64,000 bases of DNA from Plasmodiophora brassicae (Eukaryota). The notes below the pieces were generated by a model that saw nothing but the letters and a program-made list of their open reading frames with translations, ran no database searches and was not told where the DNA came from. A program made the position numbers and the translations under genes. Location of the stretch: positions 744,001-808,000 of the forward strand of contig CP145420.1 in NCBI GenBank assembly GCA_036867785.1, in the 5' to 3' direction. Every line of letters begins with the position of its first letter. The first letter of the stretch is position 1. Shown here in pieces: positions 20,695 through 34,925 of this stretch.

Positions 20695-23600
20695 TTATTC
20701 GTTGGGCACTGTAGAATATAGACAGCTCGGTGCCATGTTGCCACGAGGAACTACGCAGACGAGTTTAGCGTGTACATGACGGCCACCACACGGAATTTGG
20801 CAGGCAACAAGGACGACATTGTTGCTTTCGATCTCATTGGCAGCAACCCAGGGCGATTCGTCATCGCCAGGACGGATAGGATTGCCTGAACAAATGTACA
20901 AATCAATACATGAGAAACATCCACGAAGAGCATGCGAACCTCTGATGAACTGCGGCAGTCTCCCGCCGACAGATCCCCCAACACGCTTGAGCTTCTTCCA
21001 GGCGGAAACGCGGATGATCGGGAAAAGGGTAGATTGGCCATGACCATCGTAATACGGTAACTCCAGCATGCAGAACATTTCGGCTGTTCCAAGGTACAGG
21101 CCGTCGTCAGTGAAGTTCGCCAAGAAGTGACGATTGCTCGACTTCCGGTAGGAGGTATCAGCATCATGTGTTCGAAAGAGACACGCACCTAAGAATTGCA
21201 ACGATTAAATACGATTAACAGCAGCATCCGCCCTACGAAAGACGTACCGACTAGAAGACGATCGCAGCAATCCAGGCGACTTGGAAGGCATAGACCATGG
21301 TACTGCTGCTGAATGTCCCCAGTCTGACAAAAAGCGTCAAAGTTTGACAGCTGGCGCCTGACGTGGTGATACGAGGATATCTGAACGCCAGTCGAACGTT
21401 CGAACTGCTCGACAAGCTGCACGTACTTGCGCCTCCACGGATGGTTGCGTAAGCTGGGCCACTGCTCCTCGTCGACCAGTGTCGCATGCAGCCAGGCTCG
21501 CTCCATAGTGTTCAGCACGTACGCCTTGATTTCGCCTTTGAATTCAATCGGTAGCGACGCCGGAAACGAGTCCGGGCACCCGAACAGAAACGGGTTGTCG
21601 TTGTCGAACATGTACATACTGTGTAGGTCTAGCCTCAGCAACGCTGCCGCGGAGATCAGCTGAACGTTGCCGGCGATGTTCATTGTGAAGCCTTGCGTGG
21701 CTGTCAGGATCGACTTCATCCTCTTGATCCACCGTTCCATTGGATAGGTCCATACGAAACCAGAAAGAGGGCCCCATTGGCGAATGACTTCCGGAAGGTG
21801 GATCATCGAATGCATCTGAACGGCAACAGTGCGGCGATGAATGTACAGATACGACATTGATAATCGGGGCACGTACCGATATCGTCAACAGCTTGCCAGG
21901 AATTACAGTTTCCAGCCGGGCACACGCATCGAGGAACGTTTGCGCCACAGTGTCGAACGACGACCGGTCGAAGGACTTCGACAGAATCATCATCGATGAG
22001 TGCATGAAAGCGAAAACAGTTCCCCAGGATAGGGCAGAATCGGAACTGTTGAACAGGGCCGTGCCAATCAAACCCGCAAAGATGGCGATTCCGACATCAC
22101 TTGCCCAAATCAGCCAATCGTGAGATTTCATCGAAGACTGGTACGGGTTCTTCGGGCGGTCACAGTTTCCGGTGGGCCACTCCAACGACTCTATCGCACT
22201 ACCAATCTGCCTTGCAGCAGACGAAGCCAAAGTCGTCGCTGGAAAACGGCGATTGTTGGGAATCGTCAACACGGGAACGTCGGGAACAACGCGACCAAAC
22301 GCACGATCGATCTAATCCGCAAATGAGTTTGACGATGAAGTACAACAAATTGCGATCAAACCTCTGGAGAAAGCAATTCTTTGCCATTCCCATGCCAATC
22401 GAAGCACTTGACCAGACGCGGGATAACACGCATACAGAATGCATGCATGGGATCATGCACGTACTGCGAAGCATGGCCGAACCCGCTCAATAATCCGACT
22501 GAATAAATGTCATGGCCAGGGACTCGATGCCCACCGGTATCACCAGATGTCATTCGCAGACGCATCTCGGAATCCAGTTTCGGTTGAGCATCCTTGAGAA
22601 ACTGGCATTCCTGCCGTCTAGTTCGATCGCGATCTCGGTCGTCTGGACTTTCCGGGAACTTACTTCTTCCCAGTTCGGTCATCGACGTGAAAAACGATCT
22701 GCTCATCTGAGTACAAAGTCTTAGACGGCCGTGCAAATCGTGAATATTATAGCGGCTTACAGCCTCTCGGACGTCTTCAGAAGACCATCGCCAAAGACCT
22801 GGAAACACAGTAGCGTGGCTCGCCGCGAAATGATAGCCTTGAACGTGACACCGGTTGCAGGCGTCCAGCTTTCCGCCTTGGGAGCAACGAGTTGTGAGGC
22901 TGAACTCTTTGTAATCTAATGTCTGTCACAAATTGGATATATGTAAGCAGAAATGACACGAGCAGATGGAGAAGGGAGTACGTACAGCACACGATAGAAC
23001 TGCCCTTGCAGTTGCCGTCCCAGTTGTCGCATCGAACACAGGGAACCCGAGTTGGAACATCAGGTTTAATTCGAACGTGTCGAGGCGAAGAAACGCTGCA
23101 CGATGACCTCGCGCGATGTGCGGTATTAAACCGACTGCATGGATAAGGCCGAGGTTACACCGGACCTCAGGAGGCAGACTCAAGAGTATCTGAATGAGCG
23201 GAGTAACCGATTCCGATCCCCATCTCAAGACGTCGGCGCCGTCAATGCCAGACGTCACCGCAAGAGGGTATTCGTTGAAGCGCAGCGCCTCCAGCATGAA
23301 AGGACCATACGTATCTTTGAAATACTGGCCGTCTGTCCAGTCGCGAATGGTGTCGGAAGAACGAACTCCCAAGAGAATATTTCGATGTCGGTCGATTTCC
23401 GACCGAATGATGCCAGACATGTGTGCCGACCGAAACAACGATTGGAGAAATAGGATGCGGGAAAAGTAGAAGAAACGTTCGGATGCCTTCGAGCAGCACT
23501 CCTGGTCCGGTGGAGAGTCGCAGGCTGGCCACATGTGACCGTTGCAGCAAACGCGATACTCGAGGGACGGTATCGAAACGCCCGACTCCGACAGATAGGA

Positions 23601-24245
23601 GCGTAGCTGGGCAAGAGTGGTGATGCCCCCAGAACGTTGCAGCGAAAGAACAGGATCGGCGTTTAAACATTCTTCAAGGTCGTCCACAGGACAGCCCTTG
23701 CTGGCAGCGTATTCCTTAAACTACCAGAATTAGAGACACAGCTAACGTTCGTCAGACACGGTGCTTACGAATTTCGTATACTCGGCCTGGCGCCTTACGT
23801 CATCCTTGCTTAGTCGTTCTAATGAGCGACACAGGGACGCCTGCGTATGCTGCCCGCGGGCAAACTCATCCAAGCACTCCAGCGCACGTATGGAGGACGG
23901 ATCCACCTGCAACGAAACCAGGCGCTTCGGAATCTCGACTTTTAGGAACTCGGATAGGACGACCTCATTCCGGTACTTCCGAAGGAATTCCGCCGACCGG
24001 ATGTGGTCGGCAGACATCCCTGCAACGTCGTCTGATAAGCCGGCCGTGAAGTCGAAATCGATTAACGGCGGACCATCATGAAGCCAGGATACAGCCATTG
24101 TTTGTCTGATCGGACGATCCATTTCGTCAGGGATGCCGACACCATGGCGCGGGTTCAGAATAGGGTCGTTTCTTGCATCGGCGGCAAGAAAGCCTTCTCG
24201 TGGAAATGCACGAATGATGGGGTTAGCATCCTCCATGGTATCCAA
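20695..24245 (-). CDS. CACTA transposase (Transposase_21/DUF4218-type, TnpD-like), multi-exon
   Basis: YRVCCNGH, DWTDGQYF, SGIDGAD, LSLPPEVR, HDPMHAF, MKSHDW and MHSMIHLPEVIRQWGPLSGFVWTYPMERW lie in successive ORFs separated by short intron-sized gaps. Confidence 0.85.
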
Positions 24246-25141
24246 CCGGATGGACGATAGCCAGATCCAGACGAAGCCGTCGAAGCGAGGTGAGCTAGAG
24301 TTTGGTGCCGTTGTCGCGTCTCACACACAGGTACAACGATCGTCCACAGATCGAACACGACGATCGGAAGTCAACGACTGGCGCAAAAAATGGGGCATTC
24401 CGGCGGCTTGACGTCACAATCTTTTTTGGCGCGTTGGACCTGTTGGCACTATTTCGGCACTCCAGGATATGCACCTGCACCACATCGGCACTTCCCTATT
24501 GTTGGCTCCTGGAATCGGCACTTTCCTCGGCACTCGGGGAAGGTAGGGGCATCAATTTGGCACTCCTATTTTTCCAGTGACCGCAGGCGGCAGGACGCGC
24601 TGGCATTGCAGCGAGGTGAGAAGGCGACCAAACATGTTGCAACGACAATGGGATACAGTATCCCGGATATCCAGGCCTCCCGGCATGATGGCATATTGGG
24701 GTCACATGGTGACATATTTGGTCGAAATATGACAAAAGAACGGAATCGCATATCTCAAGAGGCCTGCGCATTGCATGCGCGATAGTATCATGCTGTCGAA
24801 TATTTCGAGACAATCGATTTCCATCGGCATCGTCAACGTATGGTTATACGCGGGCGTTGTGTTGCCGGAGATGCCACTTAGAGTCTCCCCTCGGGCATTG
24901 CCGTCTGGTGCGCTGCGTTTGGGGGACATCGTGGCCTGATCGCGCATGCTACACAGGGAAACCGCCCCTCAGGGCTCTTATATGGCACGCGCTTGTCCGG
25001 CCTCAGCTTCAAGTTGCATTGGCGACATCGCTCCAACACCCGTGTCAGGACAGGGTAGGCTCCGTCTGTCTAACACGATATACCACAATTGCACATTGGG
25101 TCGATCGGCAATCGTGAAGGTGTACCATTGATCAACGGGTA

Positions 25142-25654
25142 ATGGATGACCAGGACCTGTCGACTGTCGCCGCTGTCGATCGACTGGAGCAATTGGTTGG
25201 CGACGAAAAGCAGGCCTACCAGGACCTCTACAGCGAGGTTCGAGAGCTGGACAACTTAGCCGGTGAGCCACCTATGCCATCGGTCTCATCGCCGTTCGAG
25301 CAGTACCTTCCGCCATCTGGGGAAGGCACTGTTGCAGAGGCGGGCAGCCAACCGCAGTATCGCCGGGAGAAGCACGATCCGACATCGGTGGCGGCCAGAG
25401 ACCAGAAGACCGCAAGGTTGTTGGCAAGGACCAAGGAGGAGGTGGCCCTGCTGAGAAGGCAGGTGGATAGAATGGCGCAGAACAACGAGCTTGCCAAGCT
25501 GGAGGAGCGCATGCGAGAGCAGGGCAGCCGGTTCGTTACCCAGGTCGGATGCGAGCGTCGACGAGCAGTCGTCTGCACCAGCGTTTGCGCTGGGACGCTG
25601 GCCCGTCTCAGCGCCCATATCGATCAACTGATTTCCATGAGACCTCCTCAATAA
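25142..25654 (+). CDS. Hypothetical coiled-coil protein (3' end probably spliced)
   Basis: 170 aa ORF with gene-like codon bias and heptad-like segments (KEEVALLRRQVDRMAQNNELAKLEERMRE). Confidence 0.5.
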   Translation: MDDQDLSTVAAVDRLEQLVGDEKQAYQDLYSEVRELDNLAGEPPMPSVSSPFEQYLPPSGEGTVAEAGSQPQYRREKHDPTSVAARDQKTARLLARTKEEVALLRRQVDRMAQNNELAKLEERMREQGSRFVTQVGCERRRAVVCTSVCAGTLARLSAHIDQLISMRPPQ

Positions 25655-25690
25655 ACGGTGCTAACCGTGTACGATATATAATGGAAGGCT

Positions 25691-26739
25691 TCACGCTGGA
25701 GGAGCGGGCACCGCTGTTTGCTGTTCACCGTCCGCAACCTGTTCAGCAGGTTGCTCGACCTCGATAGGTCCAACCGCTGTCGGATGAGGCACACGTGGCG
25801 GGTCGCCCCAAGGAATGCTGTCGCGGAATTTGTCATCTGGCACCTTCTCCAGGTGGTGAATCTTGTCGACCATGTACTGGGCCAGGATCGTCGACGTTTC
25901 ATTGTTCTCCTCCACGTGCTGAACGGGGCCGAACACATTGCTGGATATCGCCGTGCGGAACGACTCGACAGCGGCGCCGTCGCTGACGATAAGTGAGCTC
26001 GTTTCCGAAGGCTGGGGCAGCTTTCCAAGCGCCGCATCGTACTGCATCATCGACCCGAATGCAGAGTCTTTGATCTCCTTGAGAAACTTATCCTCTCGGA
26101 TCCAGTGGGCACCCGCACCTAACGGGCAGCATGAGGGGCCGGTGGACGATACGGTCATGCGGGGTCGACAGAACCTGAGAGGCAGCGCCGAACATGGTCC
26201 CACATGTGCTCAAGCAGTGTTTCAAAGCACAGTTGCGCCTCGGCCTTATCATTGCAGGGACGCGACAGTCGAATTCTGCACATCCACACGTGCATTGCCA
26301 CCAGCTCGAGCTGGGTCGCGTACGTGTACGGCAGCTTTAGCTCTGCAACGCATTCGTTAGCTCGAAGGCAACGGCGACAAACGTTCGCGCAAGATGCACC
26401 GTTGTAGAACACCGGATGCAACGCCTGCTTGCCACATGATTCGTACATCAGCTCTGTGTCCACCTTGCGCTTGATCTGCGTCTTGAACAGCGCCCGAAGC
26501 ACACTGGACAGCCAAACCACAGGACGCGAGAACTTCTTATTCGCAAAGTCGCGACGGAGGAGCCGCGTGTCCTGCGGTGACGACGTTGTCAGCTCACACT
26601 GCGCGCCCTGGGGGACGACTGCGCCACCGACCGACAAGGTTCGCGCAAAGACCTCTTCGGGTGCGTACACGACTTTCTGTGTGGCCAGACAGCGCACCAG
26701 TGCGTTCCGCACCGGGACTACGCGCCGCAGCCCAAACAT
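25691..26739 (-). CDS. CBP3: Ubiquinol-cytochrome c reductase chaperone (Cbp3/UQCC1), multi-exon, with mitochondrial presequence
   Basis: Arg-rich N-terminus MFGLRRVVPVRNALVRC; LPYTYATQLELVAMHVWMCRIRL; EHMWDHV; KEIKDSAFGSMMQYDAAL. Confidence 0.75.
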
Positions 26740-26929
26740 TGGTCCAAACGTCGTGCAACGCCCGTTGAACGATGATGGCCCAACCGACCCAACGGAACGG
26801 ACCCCACGGACGCCGCAACCCCGACCCAGAGGGGTCCTCCTCTGCACACAGTGAGCGTTGCCATGCAGCAATGAAGCATTACGTTTATATAAGTTACAAA
26901 GGGGAAGGGACCCCCGGCGATCAACGACG

Positions 26930-28626
<1,697 letters not shown>

Positions 28627-28939
28627 TCACCAGGCCAGGGGCGATCATCAGGCCCAGTCCGGCAACGTCTCCTCATCCCCCCGCCGCGTATCAAGCATCC
28701 TGCTGAGAGCCAGGCGGTTCCAAGCATCGCTGCGTTCCGGCTCACCTGCATTTCGCATTCCCGACGCTACCGATGCACGACGATTTCGATCTCGGCCCCC
28801 CAAAAAAAAAGCGTTTCGGGAACCGCAAAGAACGGTCGCGTTTGTTGGTCAGATCGGATCCCGAGGTTCCAGAAAATCGCGCTGGCTGCTGGCGGTCTGA
28901 CAGGCACAGCCAGAGCGATAGAGTGGGCGCCGCGATCCG

Positions 28940-31900
28940 ATGAGTGAAGTGTCCGGCAGAGGCGGCGGGCGTGGGCGCGGGCGTCAGCGCTCCCGCCGCG
29001 GGCGGCATAAGCACGGGGGCCATCACGCCCCGTCGGTGTCGACTGCCGAGGTTGTCATTGAGATCACACGTGCGTCGCGCCCGATTCTGCGGGACGTGTG
29101 GAGGCTGATCGACACGTCTAGCGATTGTCGTTGCGGCGCGAAGTAATGACGTTGAAGCGGTGTCGTCCCTGCTTCAGCCTGGCCAGTTTCAGGCGGGCAC
29201 CAGGTCGCCGCGATCGTCATCTATGGCGCTTGATGATGTTGAAAGGTTCAAGACGCGTTTCGTTATTGCAGATGTCGAAATCTCACGTCATGCATCCAGA
29301 GTCCACCCTCTGGTCGCTGCTGCCGCTGCTGGATCATTGGACGTCGTCAGGTACCTGCTGGATCATGGCGTGTTCATTGACGGTGTTGGTTCTGTCGGCA
29401 TTACTGTCCGTGCATTGGTCGGAACATAGCTGCCAGGCTGTCACTAACATCCGTATGCACAGGCGTTGACATCTGCAGCGGTACACGGCCAGACGGCGGC
29501 CGCCGCTCTCTTATTGGAACGGGGAGCGTCGGTCAGCCTAGCGTGCGCACGAGGAATGACGCCGCTTCACGCCGCCGCTCAATACCGGAGAGGCGAGATC
29601 ATTGACCTGTTTCTTGCCCAGCCTGCCTGCGATGTGAATGCACTGGACTCCGACGACCAGACGCCGTTGCACAAGGCAGCTATGGCCGGTGCACCTCCTG
29701 AAATCGTTTCATGTTTGCTCAAGCATGGCACTGCGTACGTGTTGTTCCGAAGGACTGAAGCGTCTCTAATTTAATGTTGCCAGGGTAACACACGATAAGC
29801 GCGGCTTTTCGCCATTATACTTTGCGAATTCAGGTGACTTTATATGTGACGTATTGTAAACAAAGGCCTAACGCTGGTCCAGTGTACGAGGAACACCTTA
29901 AGTCCCATTCTGGGAAGAAGGGTGGTAAGGGCAAGCCGCCCGTCGTACCGGCCTCGGTCGCACCGCTGTTTGAAAACGTGGTTATTCTTGCGACTGCGAC
30001 TTCGTTCTTGTACGAAACTTTCCGAACGGTCTCCGATCGCGCTGCTCGAGAAGCCATTGTGCGACGCATTGGGATCGACCGAATTATCTCCGTGCTCTGC
30101 TTGAGAACGGAAGCTCTTGAGGACACCGAGGGATTCAATGAGATCATTATGACATTGTGCCGGACACTCAAAGCTGATCAAAAGTCTCTAGCCGGGGCCC
30201 GGTCTGAACATTTACGTTTGGTGTTCACGTCGATGGTCACCGAAGCCTCCATGAACTCGCTGCAAAGCATGGCCAGTCTCCTGATCCAGCCGTTCATGGT
30301 TGAGACGCTGTCGACAGAGTTGACCGAACAACTTGCGGAAGCGTTGAAAGTCGCATGCCGCATGTAGGACCTTCGTTGAATGTCTCGGAAGGAGCTGAAG
30401 CGTCCTTTGCGCAGGTGTACTTTCGGACATCAACCTTTCGTGGACTACAGCGTCGATTTCCTTTATGTCATGTTTCCTGCCTGGCTACGTCTCATGCTTG
30501 CACTGGCTGGGCGTGGAGTTCACACCGACTTGTTGAACTCCATTGGAGCACAGTTTGACCTGTTCTGTCAGTCGACGAAACCGGCGCTATTTCTATGTTG
30601 GCACTAATGTAAAGTATTTTTTCTTGTAGGGGACATGCTTGACCAGTGTTTGATCGATATCGATTTCAACGTCCAAGAATCGGAAAGGTTTGCTGTTCTC
30701 ATTTTCGCCTACTTCCATCATGCACAGGTGCGCGTACTCTTTATCTTTCATAATTACCTTCTGACTGTCACGGTACAAGGTATTCCCGCTCGATGACGAC
30801 GTCATTGCACGGTTAACGCCAGTCTCGGGCCCACTCCACGTCATTCCGAAACTTACCTGGTTCTTGACACAACGCCCGGTCGCAGAGCGCTTCGTTAATT
30901 TTTACCAGAGAAGGTCGGCGGCGTTGATGCCTGGTAACTCGTTAGATATAACGAGCTGCATTCCAGGCAGGAGCCAATTCGCCACGTTTCTGAAGACTGC
31001 GACGACGTTTTCTTCAAGTATTTCGGCCATTCTCTTCGGGTTGGTGGTTTGCAAGGCAAAGCCGCGTATATACAGGTCTGTATGTGCGCTCCTTTCTCAA
31101 GCGTCATAGTGACAGCATGGTCAGTCAGTCGCGCTGAGGGCCCAGATTGATGTTAAACCTGTATCGTTGAACCGTTTCCTGATGGCCGGTTCGCAAGATG
31201 AGGTTGGGGATGCATACGAGGTAATCGACGCATATCTGTTGTACAATGGCCTTAGTCCTAACGCGTTCCATTTGCAGCATTTCGTTCAGCAGATGATGGC
31301 CTTGCCGGCAAAGGCTTTCAATATCTCTCTCCAAGTAGAGGTGTGGCGATTCCTGTGCGCTTCGTTTTGTTCATGCTAACATTGTCGTAGTTCCTGAACG
31401 AGCCTGGTGTCGGGGAAGGCCCGCTTCGAGAGCTCCTGCAAATCGTTAGTAAGCGTATATTCAGCGCGGAACCCAACGCTCCCTCCAGAAACATGTTTGT
31501 ATTGACGCCGTCTGGATCGTACTTCCATATTGCCGGGCCGTCGGATGCGGCCGATCGTGATTCGCTCGGTCTACATTTGGAATTGGCTGGCCGCATGGCA
31601 GGGCTTTCAGTGACGACCACGTTCCCTCTTGGTGTGCGCCTGTCTCGTCCACTGTTGCTACGAATGCTTGGTCTTCGTGCCGACTCGCTTGCGGGTTTCG
31701 ATGATGAATTTCAAGCCAGGCTGGAATGGCTTAAGTATGTCGCCTTATACGTGGGACGGGATAAGAGTGTTGTTAACACCCGTTTAGGGCAAATCCGATC
31801 GACCCGCTTCAGCTGGACATGCGATGGACGTATACAGTAGATGGTCGTGATATTCCGTTGTGTCCTGATGGCGAAAATCTGCTTGTCACCGACGCCAACA

Positions 31901-32409
31901 AGTCCAAGTTCATAGCTACCTTAATTGAACACCGACTGTGGGGCGATGGTGAACACAAAGAACTGACATCAAGGTTCATCAAGGGCTTCCAAGATGTTCT
32001 GCCAAAGCAGTGCCACTCCGTGCTCTCCCCAGAAGAGCTGGATGCATTGCTTCAAGGTCCAGCACAACTCGACATTGAGTGGATGAAGCGGGACCTGGTT
32101 GCGTACAACTATGGCTACTCGTCCGACGACGATGTTGTGAAGTGGTTCTGGGAGTACGTCTGTCAGCTCGACAAAGAAAAGCAAGCCCGCTTGCTGCAAT
32201 TCTGGTCTGGGTCGTCCGTTCCGCCTATCCCTGGGGCACTCGTTGACCGCTGGACAATCTCGCCGCATCTCCGTCCTATCTCCAGTCTACCGACATCAGC
32301 AACCTGCACAAGGCAGTTGAACATCCCCCGGTACGCCTCGTTTGACCAGCTCAAGGCTCGATTCGATGCAGTCATTGAATACGGCTACATCGGATACAGC
32401 AGTACATAA
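28940..32409 (+). CDS. Ankyrin-repeat plus HECT E3 ubiquitin ligase (HACE1-like architecture), many exons; start uncertain
   Basis: Ankyrin repeats (GMTPLHAAA, DQTPLHKAA). HECT motifs EPGVGEGPLRE, FIKGFQDV, VKWFWE, LLQFWSGS and LPTSATCTRQLNIPRY with the catalytic Cys. Confidence 0.88.
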
Positions 32410-32948
32410 TTCGTTGCCATCAACCTCTGCCGTGAATAAATAGGGTAATGGAACAGTGACTTCCATCCGCAGCCACTGGTGTCGTGATGTCTATTCGAGC
32501 ACGTGCTCGGTCCAAGCAGGTTCATTGCCAATCGAAATCTACTGTGGTAATATTTGTCTGCCCTTTCAGACGTGCCGTGCATGGACTTACCGAAGTACAA
32601 CGTATATTTAAGATGCACCGGGGAGACCCAAGCTGACGCAGAGGTACGTGGCCCTAACCGCTAGCCACGCTTGTCACTAAGGTACGCTACGTGGCTCGTC
32701 GGGAAAGTTGAGGACTCGGATTCGCAGACCAGTGACGAGGGAGTGACCCCGTCGGTGTCTGGTCTGGTCTAAATTCGTCCGGCAGAGTCGGAAATAGAAT
32801 CGCCCGGCCCCGCCCGACGCCACGCGCGCACCAAAATTTGCCAACCCGGGCTCTGTCACGTCAGTCTGCGCTTCTTTGGCAGCGTCACGCCGAGCCACAG
32901 CGGCTGCTCGGGTTGACGCTCACTCGACCCGACCCGCCTCGTGGCGCG

Positions 32949-34790
32949 ATGTCGACGGGCCTGGTCGCCAATGCGCAGGTGTCCCAGGAACAGCAGGACG
33001 CCATCCGGAAGATTCTGGGCGGGACGGCGTCCCCGCTCTGCTTCGGCATATGTCGCGTGCTGATGGCCGCACCGAACGGCGGCGGCTGGCAGGACACGAA
33101 CCTATGGGGCGCCATCACGTTGATCATGGATCGCAGTCGCAACGCGAAGATCATCCGTGTGTACGACCTGCAAACCTACGACGTCATCTTCGACGAGGAG
33201 CTCTACGTCGGCATGCAGTACCTTGCCGCGCGGGCGTATTTCCACACGGTCGAGGTCTATGGAGCCATTCTTGGGTTCGATTTCACCAACGAGCAAGACG
33301 CGTACAACTTCCACAATCGAGGTATCGTATGGTTCTGCCCCCCAACCGTGATCCAGCGCGGTGTGGCGTTCGGTGTATTGACGGTCGGGTGTATAGTGGT
33401 CTCCATGGTCCCTCCTGCGCAAATGCCCGCCCCTCCCATTATTGCCCAACCAGCGCCGTCGTCGTCGTCGGGGTCCTTTGGGATCTTCGACAAGATGAAA
33501 GTGATGTTCTCCAAGAAGGAGAAGGAGATGCAGATCGGGGCGCCGTCCAACGTCGTGCATCGGAGCCACATTGGGATATCCGGAGACAAAGGTGTGGGGC
33601 GTTAATCGTCGACATGGTTGCCGATGGACTATAACGGAGGTCGTGTAGGTTTCGAAGTGAAGAACATCCCTGAAGAATGGAAGGCGCTGTTCAAGGCTTC
33701 TGGCATTAAGCCGTCGGATCTGAAAGACCAGGCCACCGCCAGCCTGGTCTACAACACGATCTCGTCGCATTACCGGGCGTCGGTTGTGGGAGCCCCTCCC
33801 GGGCCAGCGGGACCACAGCAAGGACCGCCTGGCGCCATGGCACCACGACCGCCACCAGGGGGACCTGGTGCCACGACGGCACGGCCACCTTCCGGGCCAC
33901 CGCCTTCCGTACCGCCTGCCAGGATGCAGGGACACGGTGGGCTTGCGACGCCTGGCGATCATGTCGGCAGAACGCGTGGGCCGCCACCGTCGCCGCCTGG
34001 GCCCCCTCCTGGGCCACCACCAAGTCGTCCTATGATTCGGCGAGCACCCCCGAGGGGACCGCCGCCACCTCCTCCTGGCGGGCCGCCTCCGACTCGCCAT
34101 CGTCCTCAGCCGCCGGAACCTCCCCAGCCGCCCGCTCAGTCGTATCCGGGATACTCACAGTATGCTGGGAACCAGCATTATGCTGAGCAGCACCAGCAGC
34201 AGCAGCAGCAGCCGGATCACGACCTCGCTGATGGCATGGCATCGCTGGACATTCAGCAGCAGCAGAGCTATGCGTCGCACCAGGAGCCGGAATACGATGA
34301 GCGAGCACAGCAAGGGCAGTACGCGGCGTACCAGTACGAGAACGATTCACCAGAGCAGGAGGCAGAGCAGCAATATGACCAAGAGTACGCCCAATACGAC
34401 GTTTCGTCGCCTGCGCTTCCGCCACCGCCACCACCTCCTCCAGTATCTGCCCCGCCGCCACCACCGCCTCCCACCGGCAGGTCTGCCCTCCTTTCTCAAA
34501 TTCAGGCTGGCGCTCAACTGCGGCGATCAACTCCTGCCCCGCCCGCCGCCGCTGCCCCGCCAGCGAACCCTCGAAACGCTCTCCTGAACCAGATTCAAAC
34601 TGGGGTCGCGTTGCGGCGCGTTGAACCGAGAAGAGATGACGAGGACACGAACGACGGGGCGCTCCCCGATCTGACGAGTATGCGCGACGACGATAAGACG
34701 ACCATGATGAACCACATCAAGAGCCTGCTGGACGCGCGAAGAGACGTGATCGCCGCTGACGACGATGACGACAACGACGACTGGGACTAA
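32949..34790 (+). CDS. WASP: WASP-family Arp2/3 activator (WH1, CRIB, poly-Pro, two WH2, acidic tail)
   Basis: WH1 (WQDTNLWGAI...FDEELY); CRIB IGAPSNVVHRSHIG; PEEWKALFKASGI; WH2 RSALLSQIQAGAQLRR and RNALLNQIQTGVALRRV; terminal DDDDDNDDWD. Confidence 0.93.
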
Positions 34791-34925
34791 CGTACCCATC
34801 CTCCCGTCTACCTATGTACCCCATATCTTCATCATCGCAGGAATACACTAAATTACGGTTGCAACAGCACCTGTGGAACATATATTCAATAATAACAGGG
34901 GGAACGGTTTAATGGATGTCTACGA

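Larger units (their letters stand above)
19145..24579 (-). mobile_element. Full-length CACTA (En/Spm/CMC) transposon, 5.4 kb, CACTG termini
   Basis: CACTGGAAAAATA at 19145 and TATTTTTCCAGTG ending at 24579; 3 bp TSD ACC (19142-19144, 24580-24582); subterminal GTGCC repeats; internal transposase. Confidence 0.95.
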
